Positions 36,429 through 45,978 of a DNA stretch of 64,000 bases are shown one piece after another. The notes beneath the pieces were generated by a model, which saw only the letters and a program-made list of their open reading frames with translations, did not search any database and was not told the DNA's origin. Source of the DNA: Thermoplasmata archaeon (GTDB lineage Archaea > Thermoplasmatota > Thermoplasmata > Lutacidiplasmatales > UBA184). The position numbers were made by a program, and so were the translations under genes. How positions within the stretch are numbered: the stretch's first letter is position 1; each line of letters begins with the position of its first letter. Location: NCBI GenBank assembly GCA_035502475.1, contig DATJUJ010000030.1:2343-66342 (forward strand). The letters run 5' to 3'.

Positions 36429-37070
36429 ATGCCCCGACGGTTCCTCGCCGAACGCCGGCGCGACCCCTACTACCGGGCCGCCCGCTCGGAAGGCCTCCGC
36501 TCGCGGGCCGCCTTCAAGCTCGCGTACCTCGACGATCGGTTCCGCTTCCTCGCGCCGGGCGCGCGGGTCCTCGACCTGGGGGCGGCCCCGGGCGGCTGGT
36601 CGCTCATCGCCCGCGAGCGGGTCGGCCGGCGCGGGGTGGTGGTGGCCGTCGATCCCCGGCCGGTCGAGCCGATCGACGGCGTCCGGGTGGTGCGGGGCCG
36701 GGTCGGGGAGGCCGCCCTGCGCGGCCGCCTGGGACCGGAGCCGTTCGATGCGGTGCTCTCCGACATGTCGCCGCGCATCAGCGGCGCCTACGCGACCGAC
36801 CACGCGCGCAGCGTGGGCGCGGTGCGCGACGCCTTCCGGCTCGCGGGCCTCGTGCTCGCCCGGCACGGCGCGTTCGTCGCGAAGGTGTTCGACGGCGACC
36901 TCGTGCCCCCGCTCGAGGCCGAGCTCGCGGCCCGGTTCCGTCGGGTCCGCCGCACGAAGCCTCCGGCGTCGCGCGGGGCGTCGTCGGAGCTGTACCTCGT
37001 CGCGCTCGACTTCCTCGGCCCGGAGCCGACCGCGGCCGACCGGCCGCCGGCCGCGGCGCCCGATATATAG
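36429..37070 (+). CDS. rlmE: 23S rRNA Um2552 methyltransferase (RlmE/FtsJ)
   Basis: RSRAAFKL, DLGAAPGGWS, SDMSP, KVF, KPPASR..SSELY. Confidence 0.93.
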   Translation: MPRRFLAERRRDPYYRAARSEGLRSRAAFKLAYLDDRFRFLAPGARVLDLGAAPGGWSLIARERVGRRGVVVAVDPRPVEPIDGVRVVRGRVGEAALRGRLGPEPFDAVLSDMSPRISGAYATDHARSVGAVRDAFRLAGLVLARHGAFVAKVFDGDLVPPLEAELAARFRRVRRTKPPASRGASSELYLVALDFLGPEPTAADRPPAAAPDI

Positions 37071-37121
37071 GTTCGGGAAATACCGCCGGTCCCCTCTCCC
37101 CGCGTTGAGGCTTGGTTATTC

Positions 37122-38300
37122 GTGATCCGCTACGGACCGGCGGGCATCCCTCTCTCCTGCAAGGGGCGCACGCTCCGCGACGGCATCGCCGACGTCCACC
37201 ACCTCGGGCTCACCGCGATGGAGGTCCAGTTCATCAAGGTCAATCCGCTCACCCGGCTCGCGCTCGACGAGGAGGTCGGGAAGCTCCCGCGCGAGCTGCC
37301 CGGCCAGCTCATCGTCAGCGTCGGTCCGGGGGAGGCGCAGGGCGGGTCGCCGAGCGCCCCCCTGCTCGGGGCGCCGGTGAAGCGGAAGGACTCGCTCACG
37401 ACGCTCACCTGGAGCCTCGCGAAGGACGCCGCGGACCTCGAGCAGACGAAGATGCTCGCGCGCTCGCTCGACGTCGACCTCACGCTGCACGCCCCCTACT
37501 ACGTCGACTTCTTCGGTTCGAGCGACGCCCGCGAGCAGTCGACGCGCCAGATCCAGTGGGCGGGCGTGCTCGCGCACGGGTTGGGCGCGCGCCTCGCGGT
37601 GACGCACCTCGGCTTCTACGGCGGCGGCGAGCGGGCGGACTCGATCCAGCAACTGACCGAGATCGTCACGGACCTCGCCGACTGGCTCCAGAAGTTCTCG
37701 AAGGGGACGGTCCGCCTCGCGATCGAGCCAAGCGGGCACCCCGACGTCTTCGGGTCGCGCGAGGAGGTCCTCGAGCTCGCCCGCCACGTCAAGGGCACGA
37801 TCCCCGTCCTCAACCTGCCGCACCTCGCCGCCCGCGAGCGCACGTCGTTCGAGACCGCGGAGTCCCTCGCGCCCGTGGTGAAGGAGTTCGTCGCCGCGAC
37901 GAACGGACCGCTCTACCTCAACTTCTCCGGCGTGGAGTTCTACGGGCCCGGCGAGTTCCGCCTGACCCCGATCAAGCGCGGGCTGGTGCGGTTCGACCCG
38001 CTCGCGGAGATCCTCGCCGAGCGCGACTACGACGCGACCGTGATCTCGAGCTCGCCGCTGCTGGAGCACGACGCGATGTACATGAAGCTCCTCTACGAGC
38101 GGGCGCTCACCCGGCGCTGGACGAAGCAGCACGCCCCGCCCCCGCCCAAGCCGGCGCCCAAGGAGGCGGTCGCCGCCAAACCGACGACGAAGCCGAAGCC
38201 GGCGGCCCGGCCCGCGGCCCGGCCCGCGCCGGCGGCCCGTGCCCGCCCCGCCCCGAAGCGCAAGGAGGTGCGGTCGCGTGACCGGCACCGGCGACGATAA
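37122..38300 (+). CDS. Endonuclease IV-like TIM-barrel protein with basic Pro/Ala tail
   Basis: IRYGPAGIP, AMEVQF, LHAPYY, SSPLLEHDA. Confidence 0.8.
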   Translation: MIRYGPAGIPLSCKGRTLRDGIADVHHLGLTAMEVQFIKVNPLTRLALDEEVGKLPRELPGQLIVSVGPGEAQGGSPSAPLLGAPVKRKDSLTTLTWSLAKDAADLEQTKMLARSLDVDLTLHAPYYVDFFGSSDAREQSTRQIQWAGVLAHGLGARLAVTHLGFYGGGERADSIQQLTEIVTDLADWLQKFSKGTVRLAIEPSGHPDVFGSREEVLELARHVKGTIPVLNLPHLAARERTSFETAESLAPVVKEFVAATNGPLYLNFSGVEFYGPGEFRLTPIKRGLVRFDPLAEILAERDYDATVISSSPLLEHDAMYMKLLYERALTRRWTKQHAPPPPKPAPKEAVAAKPTTKPKPAARPAARPAPAARARPAPKRKEVRSRDRHRRR

Positions 38301-38850
38301 CGGCTCCACGTTCGTGCTCGCCCAGCGCTACGTGGCCGACCGGGTCACGACCGCGCTCGACCGCATCGACGCGCGGGTGGTCGGCCGCGTGGTCGCGATC
38401 CTCACGGCCGCGCCCCAGATCTTCGTCTACGGGGCCGGGCGCAGCGGGATCGTCGGGCGCGCCTTCGCGATGCGGCTCGTGCAGACGGGGCTGCGGGCGT
38501 ACGTCATCGGCGAGAGCGTCACGCCGATCGTGAAGCGCGGCGACGCGGTGTTCATCCTCTCGGGCCAGGGCGAGAGCTCGTCGAGCATCCAGACGGCGAA
38601 CATCGTCCGACGGGAGGGCGCCGACCTGGTCGTCCTCACCGCGAAAGGGTCGTCGAAGCTCGCGCACGCCGCGACCCTCCTGCTGACGCTCGACTTCGAG
38701 GACGACCCGGACCGGCCGCGCTTCGCCCCGCTCGGCACGCTGTTCGAGGAGGCGAGCCTCCGGCTCACCGACGCGCTCATCGCCGAGCTGATGCGCGCCC
38801 GGGGCGAGACCGAGGGCTCGATGCGCCGCCGGCACGCGATCATGGTGTAG
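38278..38850 (+). CDS. hxlB: 6-phospho-3-hexuloisomerase (SIS)
   Basis: YGAGRSG, FAMRL, IGESVTP, SGQGE, APLGTLFE, RRHA. Confidence 0.88.
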   Translation: MTGTGDDNGSTFVLAQRYVADRVTTALDRIDARVVGRVVAILTAAPQIFVYGAGRSGIVGRAFAMRLVQTGLRAYVIGESVTPIVKRGDAVFILSGQGESSSSIQTANIVRREGADLVVLTAKGSSKLAHAATLLLTLDFEDDPDRPRFAPLGTLFEEASLRLTDALIAELMRARGETEGSMRRRHAIMV

Positions 38851-38895
38851 CCCCGCGGCCGAAACCTTAAGCGCGGGGCGCCATCCCCGGCGGCC

Positions 38896-39396
38896 GTGCC
38901 GCGACCGAACGGGCCGAACGCGATGACGCTCGTCCCCGTGCCGACCCGGTTCTTCGTCACGAGCGGCAAGGGGATCAACCGCACCAGCGAGCTCAACGCC
39001 TTCGACCTCGCGCTGCTCCAGGCCGGGATCGGCGAGCAGAACCTGGTGAGCGTCTCGTCGGTCCTCCCGATCGGGATCCGCCAGGTCGACCGGACCCGGA
39101 TCGCCCGGGGCGCGATCACCCACACCGTGCTCTCCCGCTACTCGGGGGGCGAGGGCGAGGTGATCAGCGCGGGGATCGCCTACGGCTTCCGGAACGACGG
39201 CCAGGGCGGCTACGTCGCCGAGGGCCATTTGCACGGGACCCAGAAGTCGCTCAAGGAGTTCCTCAAGTGGCGGATGGAGGAGATCGCCCACTTCCGGGGC
39301 GTCGAGCTCCGCCGGATCCACTACCGGACCGAGGAACTGTCGATCCCGATGGACCACTACGGCGTCTGCATCGCCGCGTGCGTCTTCCTGCCGTAG
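38896..39396 (+). CDS. pdaD: Pyruvoyl-dependent arginine decarboxylase
   Basis: NAFDLALLQAGI..QNLVSVSSVLP, GYVAE. Confidence 0.88.
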   Translation: MPRPNGPNAMTLVPVPTRFFVTSGKGINRTSELNAFDLALLQAGIGEQNLVSVSSVLPIGIRQVDRTRIARGAITHTVLSRYSGGEGEVISAGIAYGFRNDGQGGYVAEGHLHGTQKSLKEFLKWRMEEIAHFRGVELRRIHYRTEELSIPMDHYGVCIAACVFLP

Positions 39397-39409
39397 GGCC
39401 CCGCCGCGG

Positions 39410-39745
39410 CTACAGGAGCCGCCGGAACAGGAGCTTATCTTCGAGGCTGCCCTCGATCGCGAGCTTGCGGAGCACGAGCGCCTTCATCGGGCCGATCTCC
39501 TTCTTGATGAGCCCGTCGAACGTCTTCACGTCCGTCGTGATCGTGAGGTCGGCCTTCGAGGCGCGGGCGGTCCGCAGGTTCGTGAGCCGGCCCTGAGCGA
39601 GGTCGACCGCGTAGGTCCCCTCGTCGGTGAGCCGCACCTGGATCGTGCGGGAGAGCCCCTTCAGCTCCTCCGCGACGGCCGGGTTCTTCGCCGCGTGCCG
39701 GTTGAACCGGTCGACGAGGCCCGCGAGCGTCTCCTCGACGGTCAT
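39410..39745 (-). CDS. SCP2 lipid-binding domain protein
   Basis: ADLTITTD...EIGPMKALVLRKLAIEGSLED. Confidence 0.8.
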   Translation of the reverse strand: MTVEETLAGLVDRFNRHAAKNPAVAEELKGLSRTIQVRLTDEGTYAVDLAQGRLTNLRTARASKADLTITTDVKTFDGLIKKEIGPMKALVLRKLAIEGSLEDKLLFRRLL

Positions 39746-40407
39746 GGAAGGAACTCGTCCAGGGTACGAGCCGACCGGGCGCTCTTAGCCCTTTGGACGG
39801 GCGCCCAGCTCGCGCGCAGCCAGCGCGGCGCCGGTCCGCCCGCCCCGACCGTCCGCTCGACGAACCGCTGCGTCACCGGGTCGGACGGGTACCCCGAGCC
39901 GACCTCGTCCCCGAGCCGTCGCCGCAGGTCGCCGAGCGCCCGGTCCCGCCGGACCTTCGCGACGATCGACGCGGCGCCCACGACCGGCTCGGTCTCGTCG
40001 GCCCGGTGCCGGGCGACGATGCGGGCGCACCCACCGGTCGCCGCGAACAGGCGTCGGGCGAACCGGGCGGCGTTCGGATCGCAGGCGTCGACGATCGCGG
40101 TCTCGGGCCCGACCGCGACGATGAGCCGGGCGAACGCATCGAGCTCGAGGTCGTTGAGCCGTCCCCGGGCGACCCAGCGGTCGATCGTCCGCGGCGGGAG
40201 CGCGATCGAGCGGAACTCGCCGACGGACCGCAGGCGGCGGTAGATCGCCGCGCGGCGCTCGGGCGCGAGCTGCTTCGAGTCCTTCACCCCGTGGGCGCGC
40301 AGCGCGTCGTCCCGGCCCTCGGGCATCCAGAACGCGCCGACGACGAGCGGGCCCAGCACGCTCCCCCGCCCGGCCTCGTCCAGGCCGAGGACGCACGGAC
40401 GCTCCGT
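39742..40407 (-). CDS. rnhB: Ribonuclease HII (start probably non-canonical)
   Basis: VLGLDEAGRGSVLGP (upstream of GTG 40359), VKDSK, VDA, AASIVAKV, GSGYPSDP. Confidence 0.9.
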   Translation of the reverse strand, partial: TERPCVLGLDEAGRGSVLGPLVVGAFWMPEGRDDALRAHGVKDSKQLAPERRAAIYRRLRSVGEFRSIALPPRTIDRWVARGRLNDLELDAFARLIVAVGPETAIVDACDPNAARFARRLFAATGGCARIVARHRADETEPVVGAASIVAKVRRDRALGDLRRRLGDEVGSGYPSDPVTQRFVERTVGAGGPAPRWLRASWAPVQRAKSARSARTLDEFLP

Positions 40408-40471
40408 TCGCTCCCCCTCCGCAGGGGCATCGGCCCCAAGGAGTTAAACCGGAGCCGACCTTTCCGCGGCG

Positions 40472-41371
40472 ATGGCGCTCGACGGTCTCTCGGTCCCGAT
40501 CCCGACCCTCTTCGACGACGCCGGGGCGCTCGACCTGGGACGGAACTCGCGGTTCGCCCGCACGCTCTCCGACGCCAAGGTCGATCACCTGTTCGCGCTC
40601 GGATCGCTCGGCGAGTTCGCCAGCCTCACCGATCCCGAGCGCGCCCAGCTGGTCGATCTGCTCGTCGAGAGCGTGAGCGGCAAGACCGACCTCTGGGTCG
40701 GGGTGGGCGCCCCGTCGACCGGGCGCGCGGTCGCCTACGCCACGGCGGCGGAGTCGGCCGGCGCCGAGGTGCTGGTCGCGGTGCCCCCGTACTACCTCCA
40801 TCCCACCCCCGCCGCGGTCGAACGCTACTACCGGGCGATCCACGCGGCCGTGGGCGTGCCCCTGTTCGCGTACAACATCCCGTCGCTGGTGGGGTACGCG
40901 CTCGCGCCGACGCTCGTCCACCGCCTCGCGAGCGACCACGTCCTCGCGGGCATCAAGGACACGGCCGGGTCGATCGCGAGCGTGACGGCGTTCCTCGACG
41001 GGGCACCGCCGGGATTCGCGGTGATGCCCGGTGACGACCGGCTCGCGAGCGAGGCGATCGCGCGGGGCGCGAGCGGCGCGGTCATGGGGCTCGCCAACCT
41101 GGTGCCCCGGTTGTGCGTCGAGCTCGTCGCGGCGGCCCGCGGGAAGGACTCCGCCCGGGCGTCCGAGCTCCAGGCGCTGGTGGATGCGCTCGTCGACGTG
41201 ACGCACGCGGGTCCGTTCCCCGCGGTCGACAAGTTCCTCGCGCAGCGGCTGCGCGGCGCGGACGTCGGCTACCGAGCCCCGTACGACCCGCTGTCGCCCG
41301 ACGAGCAGGCGGCGGTGCTCGGTAAGCTCGCCCCGCTCGAGTCGAAGCTCGCCCCGTTCCTGGGGCGCTGA
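40472..41371 (+). CDS. DHDPS/NAL-family aldolase, likely 2-keto-3-deoxygluconate aldolase
   Basis: GSLGEF, YNIP, GIKDT; adjacent to glucose dehydrogenase. Confidence 0.8.
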   Translation: MALDGLSVPIPTLFDDAGALDLGRNSRFARTLSDAKVDHLFALGSLGEFASLTDPERAQLVDLLVESVSGKTDLWVGVGAPSTGRAVAYATAAESAGAEVLVAVPPYYLHPTPAAVERYYRAIHAAVGVPLFAYNIPSLVGYALAPTLVHRLASDHVLAGIKDTAGSIASVTAFLDGAPPGFAVMPGDDRLASEAIARGASGAVMGLANLVPRLCVELVAAARGKDSARASELQALVDALVDVTHAGPFPAVDKFLAQRLRGADVGYRAPYDPLSPDEQAAVLGKLAPLESKLAPFLGR

Positions 41372-41373
41372 CC

Positions 41374-42468
41374 GTGCGCGCGGTCGTCGTGCGTCCGCCG
41401 GTGCCCGGCGTCGCGCTGACCGACGTCCCCCCACCGGTCCGCGCGCCCGGGCAGATCCGGGTCGGGGTCCTCGAGTGCGGGGTCTGCGGGACGGACCACG
41501 ACGTCGCGTCCGGCAAGTACGGTCGGGCCCCGCCGGGCTCCCCGTACCTCATCCTGGGCCACGAGAACCTGGGGCGGGTCCTCGAGGGCGACCCGTCGGT
41601 CGCCGGGTTCCAGCCCGGCGACCTCGTCGTCGCGACCGTGCGGCGGGGCTGCGGGCGGTGCCGGTTCTGCTTCGTGAACAAGTCCGATTTCTGCGAGTCC
41701 GGTGGCTTCACCGAGCGCGGGATCGGCGGGGCCCACGGCTACATGACCGAACAGTACGTCGAGGTCCCCGAGTACCTGGTGCACGTCGACCCGGCCCTGC
41801 GGCCGGTCGCGGTGTTGCTCGAGCCGCTGAGCGTCGTCGAGAAGGCGATCCTCCAGGGGCAGGTGGTCCTCGACCGCAAGGAGCCGACCCCGGGCCACGC
41901 CCGCGCCGCGGCCCCGAGCGCGCTCGTGGCGGGCACCGGGGCGATCGGCATGTTGGCGGCGTTCGTCCTGCGGGTGCGCGGCTACGAGGTGGTGGCGATC
42001 GACCGGCACGACGACTCGACACCGGCGGCCCGGACGCTCGCCCGGGTCGGCGCGACCCATGCGAACGCCGCGGCGGGGCTCGCCGTGCTCGGGTCCCGCA
42101 CCTTCGACCTCGTGGTCGAGGCGACCGGATCCGTCACGCTCGACTTCGGGCTCGCGAACCTGCTCGGCCCCAACGGGGTCCTCGTGCTCACCGGGATCCC
42201 GGACGCCTCGGGTCCGCCCACCGCGGTCTCGGCCGGGACGCTCTGGCGTGAGGTGGTGCTGGGGAACCGGGCGATCGTGGGGTCGGTGAACGCCAACCGC
42301 ACGTACTTCGAGTCGGGACTCGCGGACATGGCGACGTTCGAGGCCCGCTGGCCGGGGGCCCTGGCGAGCCTCATCTCGGCCCGTCGCCCGCTCGCCGACG
42401 TCGCGGACGTCCTCGCCGAGCATCTCGGCGGGACGATCAAGACCGTCCTCGAGGTCGCGCCCGGATAA
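41374..42468 (+). CDS. gdh: Zn-dependent glucose 1-dehydrogenase
   Basis: GVCGTD, LGHE, TVRRGCGRCRFC...C, GTGAIG, GSVNA. Confidence 0.88.
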   Translation: MRAVVVRPPVPGVALTDVPPPVRAPGQIRVGVLECGVCGTDHDVASGKYGRAPPGSPYLILGHENLGRVLEGDPSVAGFQPGDLVVATVRRGCGRCRFCFVNKSDFCESGGFTERGIGGAHGYMTEQYVEVPEYLVHVDPALRPVAVLLEPLSVVEKAILQGQVVLDRKEPTPGHARAAAPSALVAGTGAIGMLAAFVLRVRGYEVVAIDRHDDSTPAARTLARVGATHANAAAGLAVLGSRTFDLVVEATGSVTLDFGLANLLGPNGVLVLTGIPDASGPPTAVSAGTLWREVVLGNRAIVGSVNANRTYFESGLADMATFEARWPGALASLISARRPLADVADVLAEHLGGTIKTVLEVAPG

Positions 42469-42512
42469 AGGTCATATACGCTACCCCGCTCCGACCGCTC
42501 CTCGGAGAGCCG

Positions 42513-42914
42513 ATGGGTACCTGGCAGGGACGCTCGCGCCGCAAGCGGACGGGCGGACGCCTTCGCCCGATCCGCAAGAAGCGCCGCTTCGAGATCGCGC
42601 GCGAACTGCAGACCGCGACGATCGGGTCCGGCACGGTGAAGAAGTACCGCGTGCGGGGCCGGAACTTGAAGCTCCGCATCCTGACGACCCAGACGATCAA
42701 CGTGTTCGACCCGGCGAGCAAGAAGATGCAGCCGGCGAAGGTCATCACCGTCCGGGAGAACCCGGCGAACCCCAACTACGTCCAGCGGAACATCATCACC
42801 AAGGGCGCCATCCTCGAGACGGACCTGGGCCTCGTCAAGGTGCTCTCGCGGCCCGGCCAGGACGGCATCCTGAACGGCGTCCGCGTCGCCGCCCCCTCGG
42901 CGCCCGCGGCGTGA
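42513..42914 (+). CDS. rps8e: 30S ribosomal protein S8e
   Basis: WQGRSRRKRTGG, NPANPNYVQRNIITKGA, SRPGQDG. Confidence 0.96.
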   Translation: MGTWQGRSRRKRTGGRLRPIRKKRRFEIARELQTATIGSGTVKKYRVRGRNLKLRILTTQTINVFDPASKKMQPAKVITVRENPANPNYVQRNIITKGAILETDLGLVKVLSRPGQDGILNGVRVAAPSAPAA

Positions 42915-42933
42915 GCCCGGGCCGGTCCGGCCG

Positions 42934-43233
42934 ATGCCCGACCACTTCTTCGTGTACCCGGCCTACCTCGGGAAGGGGCTCTCGCGCCAGGACGGGCGCC
43001 GGTTGCGCGCGGACCTCGCGCTAACCGACCTCACGCTCGAGGAGATCGCCGCCGCGGCGAAGAAGCTCGGCCTGAAGGTCGAGATCGAAGCGGACCGGCA
43101 CTACCCCCGGCAGGCCGCGCAGTATGCGGGGCGCGTCAAGGTGACGAAGCGGGCCGGCACGTCGAAGGCCGGCTTCCTCCGACAGCTCGCGGGCGAGCTC
43201 GCGCGCCAGCGCGCGACCGCCCAGAAGCGCTGA
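42934..43233 (+). CDS. srp19: Signal recognition particle protein SRP19
   Basis: VYPAYL...SRQDGRR, YPR, GRV. Confidence 0.88.
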   Translation: MPDHFFVYPAYLGKGLSRQDGRRLRADLALTDLTLEEIAAAAKKLGLKVEIEADRHYPRQAAQYAGRVKVTKRAGTSKAGFLRQLAGELARQRATAQKR

Positions 43234-43236
43234 ACC

Positions 43237-44028
43237 ATGGAGGAACCGGGCACCGTCTACTTCACGGGGACCGCGGGCGCCGGCAAGACGACGCTCGTCC
43301 GGGCCTTCGGCGAGTGGATGCGCCACGCCGGCCACGACGTGACGATCCTCAACCTGGACCCGGGCAGCGAGGCGACCGACTGGGAGCCGGACGTCGACAT
43401 CCGCGAGTGGGTGCGGCTCGCGGACCTCCAGGACGAGTACGGGCTCGGTCCGAACGGCGCGCAGGTCGCGGCGGCCGACATGATCGCGCTCAAGATCTTC
43501 GAGGTGAAGCAGGCCGTCCAGGAGCTGAAGGGCGACTACGTGCTCGTCGACACGCCCGGCCAGATCGAGCTGTTCGCGTTCCGCGAGGCGTCCCGGGCGA
43601 TCGTCGACGCGCTCTCGGGCGACCGGTCGATCGTCTCCTTCCTGTTCGACCCCGCGCTCGCGCGGAGCCCCGCAGGCTTCGTCTCGCTGCTGATGCTGAG
43701 CGCCACCGTCGAGTTCCGGTTCCGCCTGCCGATGACGAACGTCCTCGCGAAGGCGGACGTCCTCGCGCCCGAGCGCCTCGGCGAGGTGATGGGCTGGTCC
43801 GACGACCCCAACCAGCTCTACGAGGCCGTGACCCGGGACGCGCCGACGCCGGACACGCAGCTCTCGACCGAGATGTTCCGCGCGATCGAGACGATGGGCC
43901 CGCTCACCGGGCTCCTCCCGATCTCGGCGAAGGACGGGACCGGCCTCGAGGCGTTCTACCACGCCTGCCAGAACGTCTTCGCGGGCGGCGAGGACCTCGA
44001 GCCCTCGCACGCCCCGACGAACGACTGA
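43237..44028 (+). CDS. GPN-loop GTPase
   Basis: GTAGAGKT, NLDPG, LGPNG, DTPGQIE. Confidence 0.93.
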   Translation: MEEPGTVYFTGTAGAGKTTLVRAFGEWMRHAGHDVTILNLDPGSEATDWEPDVDIREWVRLADLQDEYGLGPNGAQVAAADMIALKIFEVKQAVQELKGDYVLVDTPGQIELFAFREASRAIVDALSGDRSIVSFLFDPALARSPAGFVSLLMLSATVEFRFRLPMTNVLAKADVLAPERLGEVMGWSDDPNQLYEAVTRDAPTPDTQLSTEMFRAIETMGPLTGLLPISAKDGTGLEAFYHACQNVFAGGEDLEPSHAPTND

Positions 44029-44035
44029 CGGAGTC

Positions 44036-44338
44036 CTACTCTTCGGTGAAGAAGAGGCCCATCCCCGCGGAGGCGGCCTCCTCCTCGTCCTTGAACTTCC
44101 GGTAGATCGGCTCCGCCTCGGTGGGCGGGAGGCGCTGGCCGACGGGGCCCAGGAGCTCGCCGGCGTGCCGCACCGCGTCCTCGGCGCCCTCGACGAGCAC
44201 GTAGAGGGTGTCCGCGGGACCGCCGAGCGCGCTCGCCTCGCGGACCTTCTGGCTCTGCCGCGAGACCCGGTCGTCCTTCAGGACGGCGTCGAGCTCAGTG
44301 CGCTTCGCGGACGGCACGGCGAACAGGGTCCAGGCCAT
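44036..44338 (-). CDS. Hypothetical protein
   Basis: 100 aa; TTATA ~25 nt upstream; DDRVSRQS...EEEAASAGMGLFF. Confidence 0.75.
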   Translation of the reverse strand: MAWTLFAVPSAKRTELDAVLKDDRVSRQSQKVREASALGGPADTLYVLVEGAEDAVRHAGELLGPVGQRLPPTEAEPIYRKFKDEEEAASAGMGLFFTEE

Positions 44339-44620
44339 GGCGGTCGGGCGACCGCGCCTGGCTATAAGGGGGTTTGCGGGCGCGGGCACGATGCGAGAGC
44401 TCATCCCGGCCGAGCCGAAGACTTGCTCCAGGCTCGCTCGGAGTCGGCCCCTCGCGCGACCGAGGAGCGATTGACGGTTCCGAGCCCGGGCGGTCGGGGG
44501 TGCGGTCTTGGATCGGGGGCGCGTCCCGCTCGGATCCTCGCCTCGAGCCGTTGTTCACTGCCCGCGAGGCCCCCGTGTCGCAGTGGGGGCGTCTCCCTCG
44601 TGACTGCGCAACGATCCAGC

Positions 44621-45943
44621 TCAAAGAGTCGTCGAGCCCACGACTGCTGACGTCGAGACTGTTGAGTTAACACTCAGCCGGTCGGACGAAAGGTCCCAGG
44701 ACGCCGGGGTCACGATGACGAGGTGCTGGAGACTTGCCAGGTCCGTCACGGGCTCGGTCCACCCGACCGTCCCGTTCGCGAGCGCTCCGTACGCGTTGAT
44801 CCACTCGCCATGGGAGGAGGTATCTACCGCATACCAGCCGGTCGAGTTCGCCGCGCACTCGCTGACGTTCGCAATCCAAGCGGGACACCCCGGAGCTCCG
44901 ACTGGAAGTTCCGATCCGCTGGCGTTCGAAACATTCAGCGCGGTCATCCAATTGGCGAGACCCCAGCCGTCGTAGTTACGCGTGAGCGTGCCATTTGAAT
45001 AGGCAAAAGCGACCTGGAACTGAGCGCTGATCCACTGAGTTGGACCCGACGAAGAGACCTCGGGGGATTGCCAGACGAGATCGTAGATGCCGTCCACCTG
45101 CGGAACGGCGACGTCATCCCGCGGAAGAGCACAGTTATGGCTCAGATTGAACACCTCTCCCGACTGGCCCTGGAGGTCTTCCCCGACCTGCACAAGGGGC
45201 TCAGCGTCCCCAGTCACTCCGACGAGACCACACCGCTCGAAGTACACTCCATAGCCCGATACATCCCCGAGACCGTCGAACACGCCCGGGCCGATCGTGA
45301 AGATCTGTACCATCGGCTCGTTCTCCTGGATCCAGCCGGACACGCTCCCGCCCCAAGCGGACTGGGCGGCCGCCGGGCTGTCCGCCGGATAGAGGCTGGG
45401 CGGGATGTACCAGTAGCTCGGGTTCGAACCCAGATCGTACCATGCGTTGCACGGTCCAGGGTAAGGTTGCGGCGCAAACACCTCGACGCTCCCGAGCGTG
45501 TCGGTTGCGAGCAGAATGGACTCGCTCGTGTTCGAGAAGTACGCGAACTGCCAGAAGGGCGCCGTCCCCGAGTTGAAGGTCCCGTTGAAGAGGGGGATCG
45601 TGCCGTTCCAGAGCGTGAGGCCGTTGAACACGGCCCCACAATTGTTGATGGTGTGGTTGTTCGTCGGATAACCGATCACGTTCGGGCTGAACGGAATCTG
45701 GGCGGCAATGCCGTAGACCGAGAAGAGGCTCCAGGGGCCGCCGACCGTGTTGTTCACCGAGCCGTTCACTTCGGCCAAGGCTTGATAGAGGGTCGGACCG
45801 TCCGCGCGCGTCTCGACGGAGGAAGTTGAGCGGTGGGCGTTCAAGATCAGACCGTATACGCCGGCCCCGGCGACGACCACCAGTCCCGCTACCGCAAGAG
45901 CGAAGAGGGCTCTCCTCCGCACGGGGCGGGCATCATCGGTCAT
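44621..45943 (-). CDS. Secreted or membrane-anchored Cys/Trp/Asn-rich protein (lower-GC islet)
   Basis: RRR plus hydrophobic N-terminus; many N-x-S/T sequons. Confidence 0.75.
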   Translation of the reverse strand: MTDDARPVRRRALFALAVAGLVVVAGAGVYGLILNAHRSTSSVETRADGPTLYQALAEVNGSVNNTVGGPWSLFSVYGIAAQIPFSPNVIGYPTNNHTINNCGAVFNGLTLWNGTIPLFNGTFNSGTAPFWQFAYFSNTSESILLATDTLGSVEVFAPQPYPGPCNAWYDLGSNPSYWYIPPSLYPADSPAAAQSAWGGSVSGWIQENEPMVQIFTIGPGVFDGLGDVSGYGVYFERCGLVGVTGDAEPLVQVGEDLQGQSGEVFNLSHNCALPRDDVAVPQVDGIYDLVWQSPEVSSSGPTQWISAQFQVAFAYSNGTLTRNYDGWGLANWMTALNVSNASGSELPVGAPGCPAWIANVSECAANSTGWYAVDTSSHGEWINAYGALANGTVGWTEPVTDLASLQHLVIVTPASWDLSSDRLSVNSTVSTSAVVGSTTL

Positions 45944-45978
45944 TCAATCACAGACATGGGACGCACCGTACTTCTTCC

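Noticed and set aside
38278..38850. hxlB as evidence of methylotrophy
   Set aside because: In archaea the RuMP enzymes commonly run in reverse for pentose synthesis, and hps is not in the window
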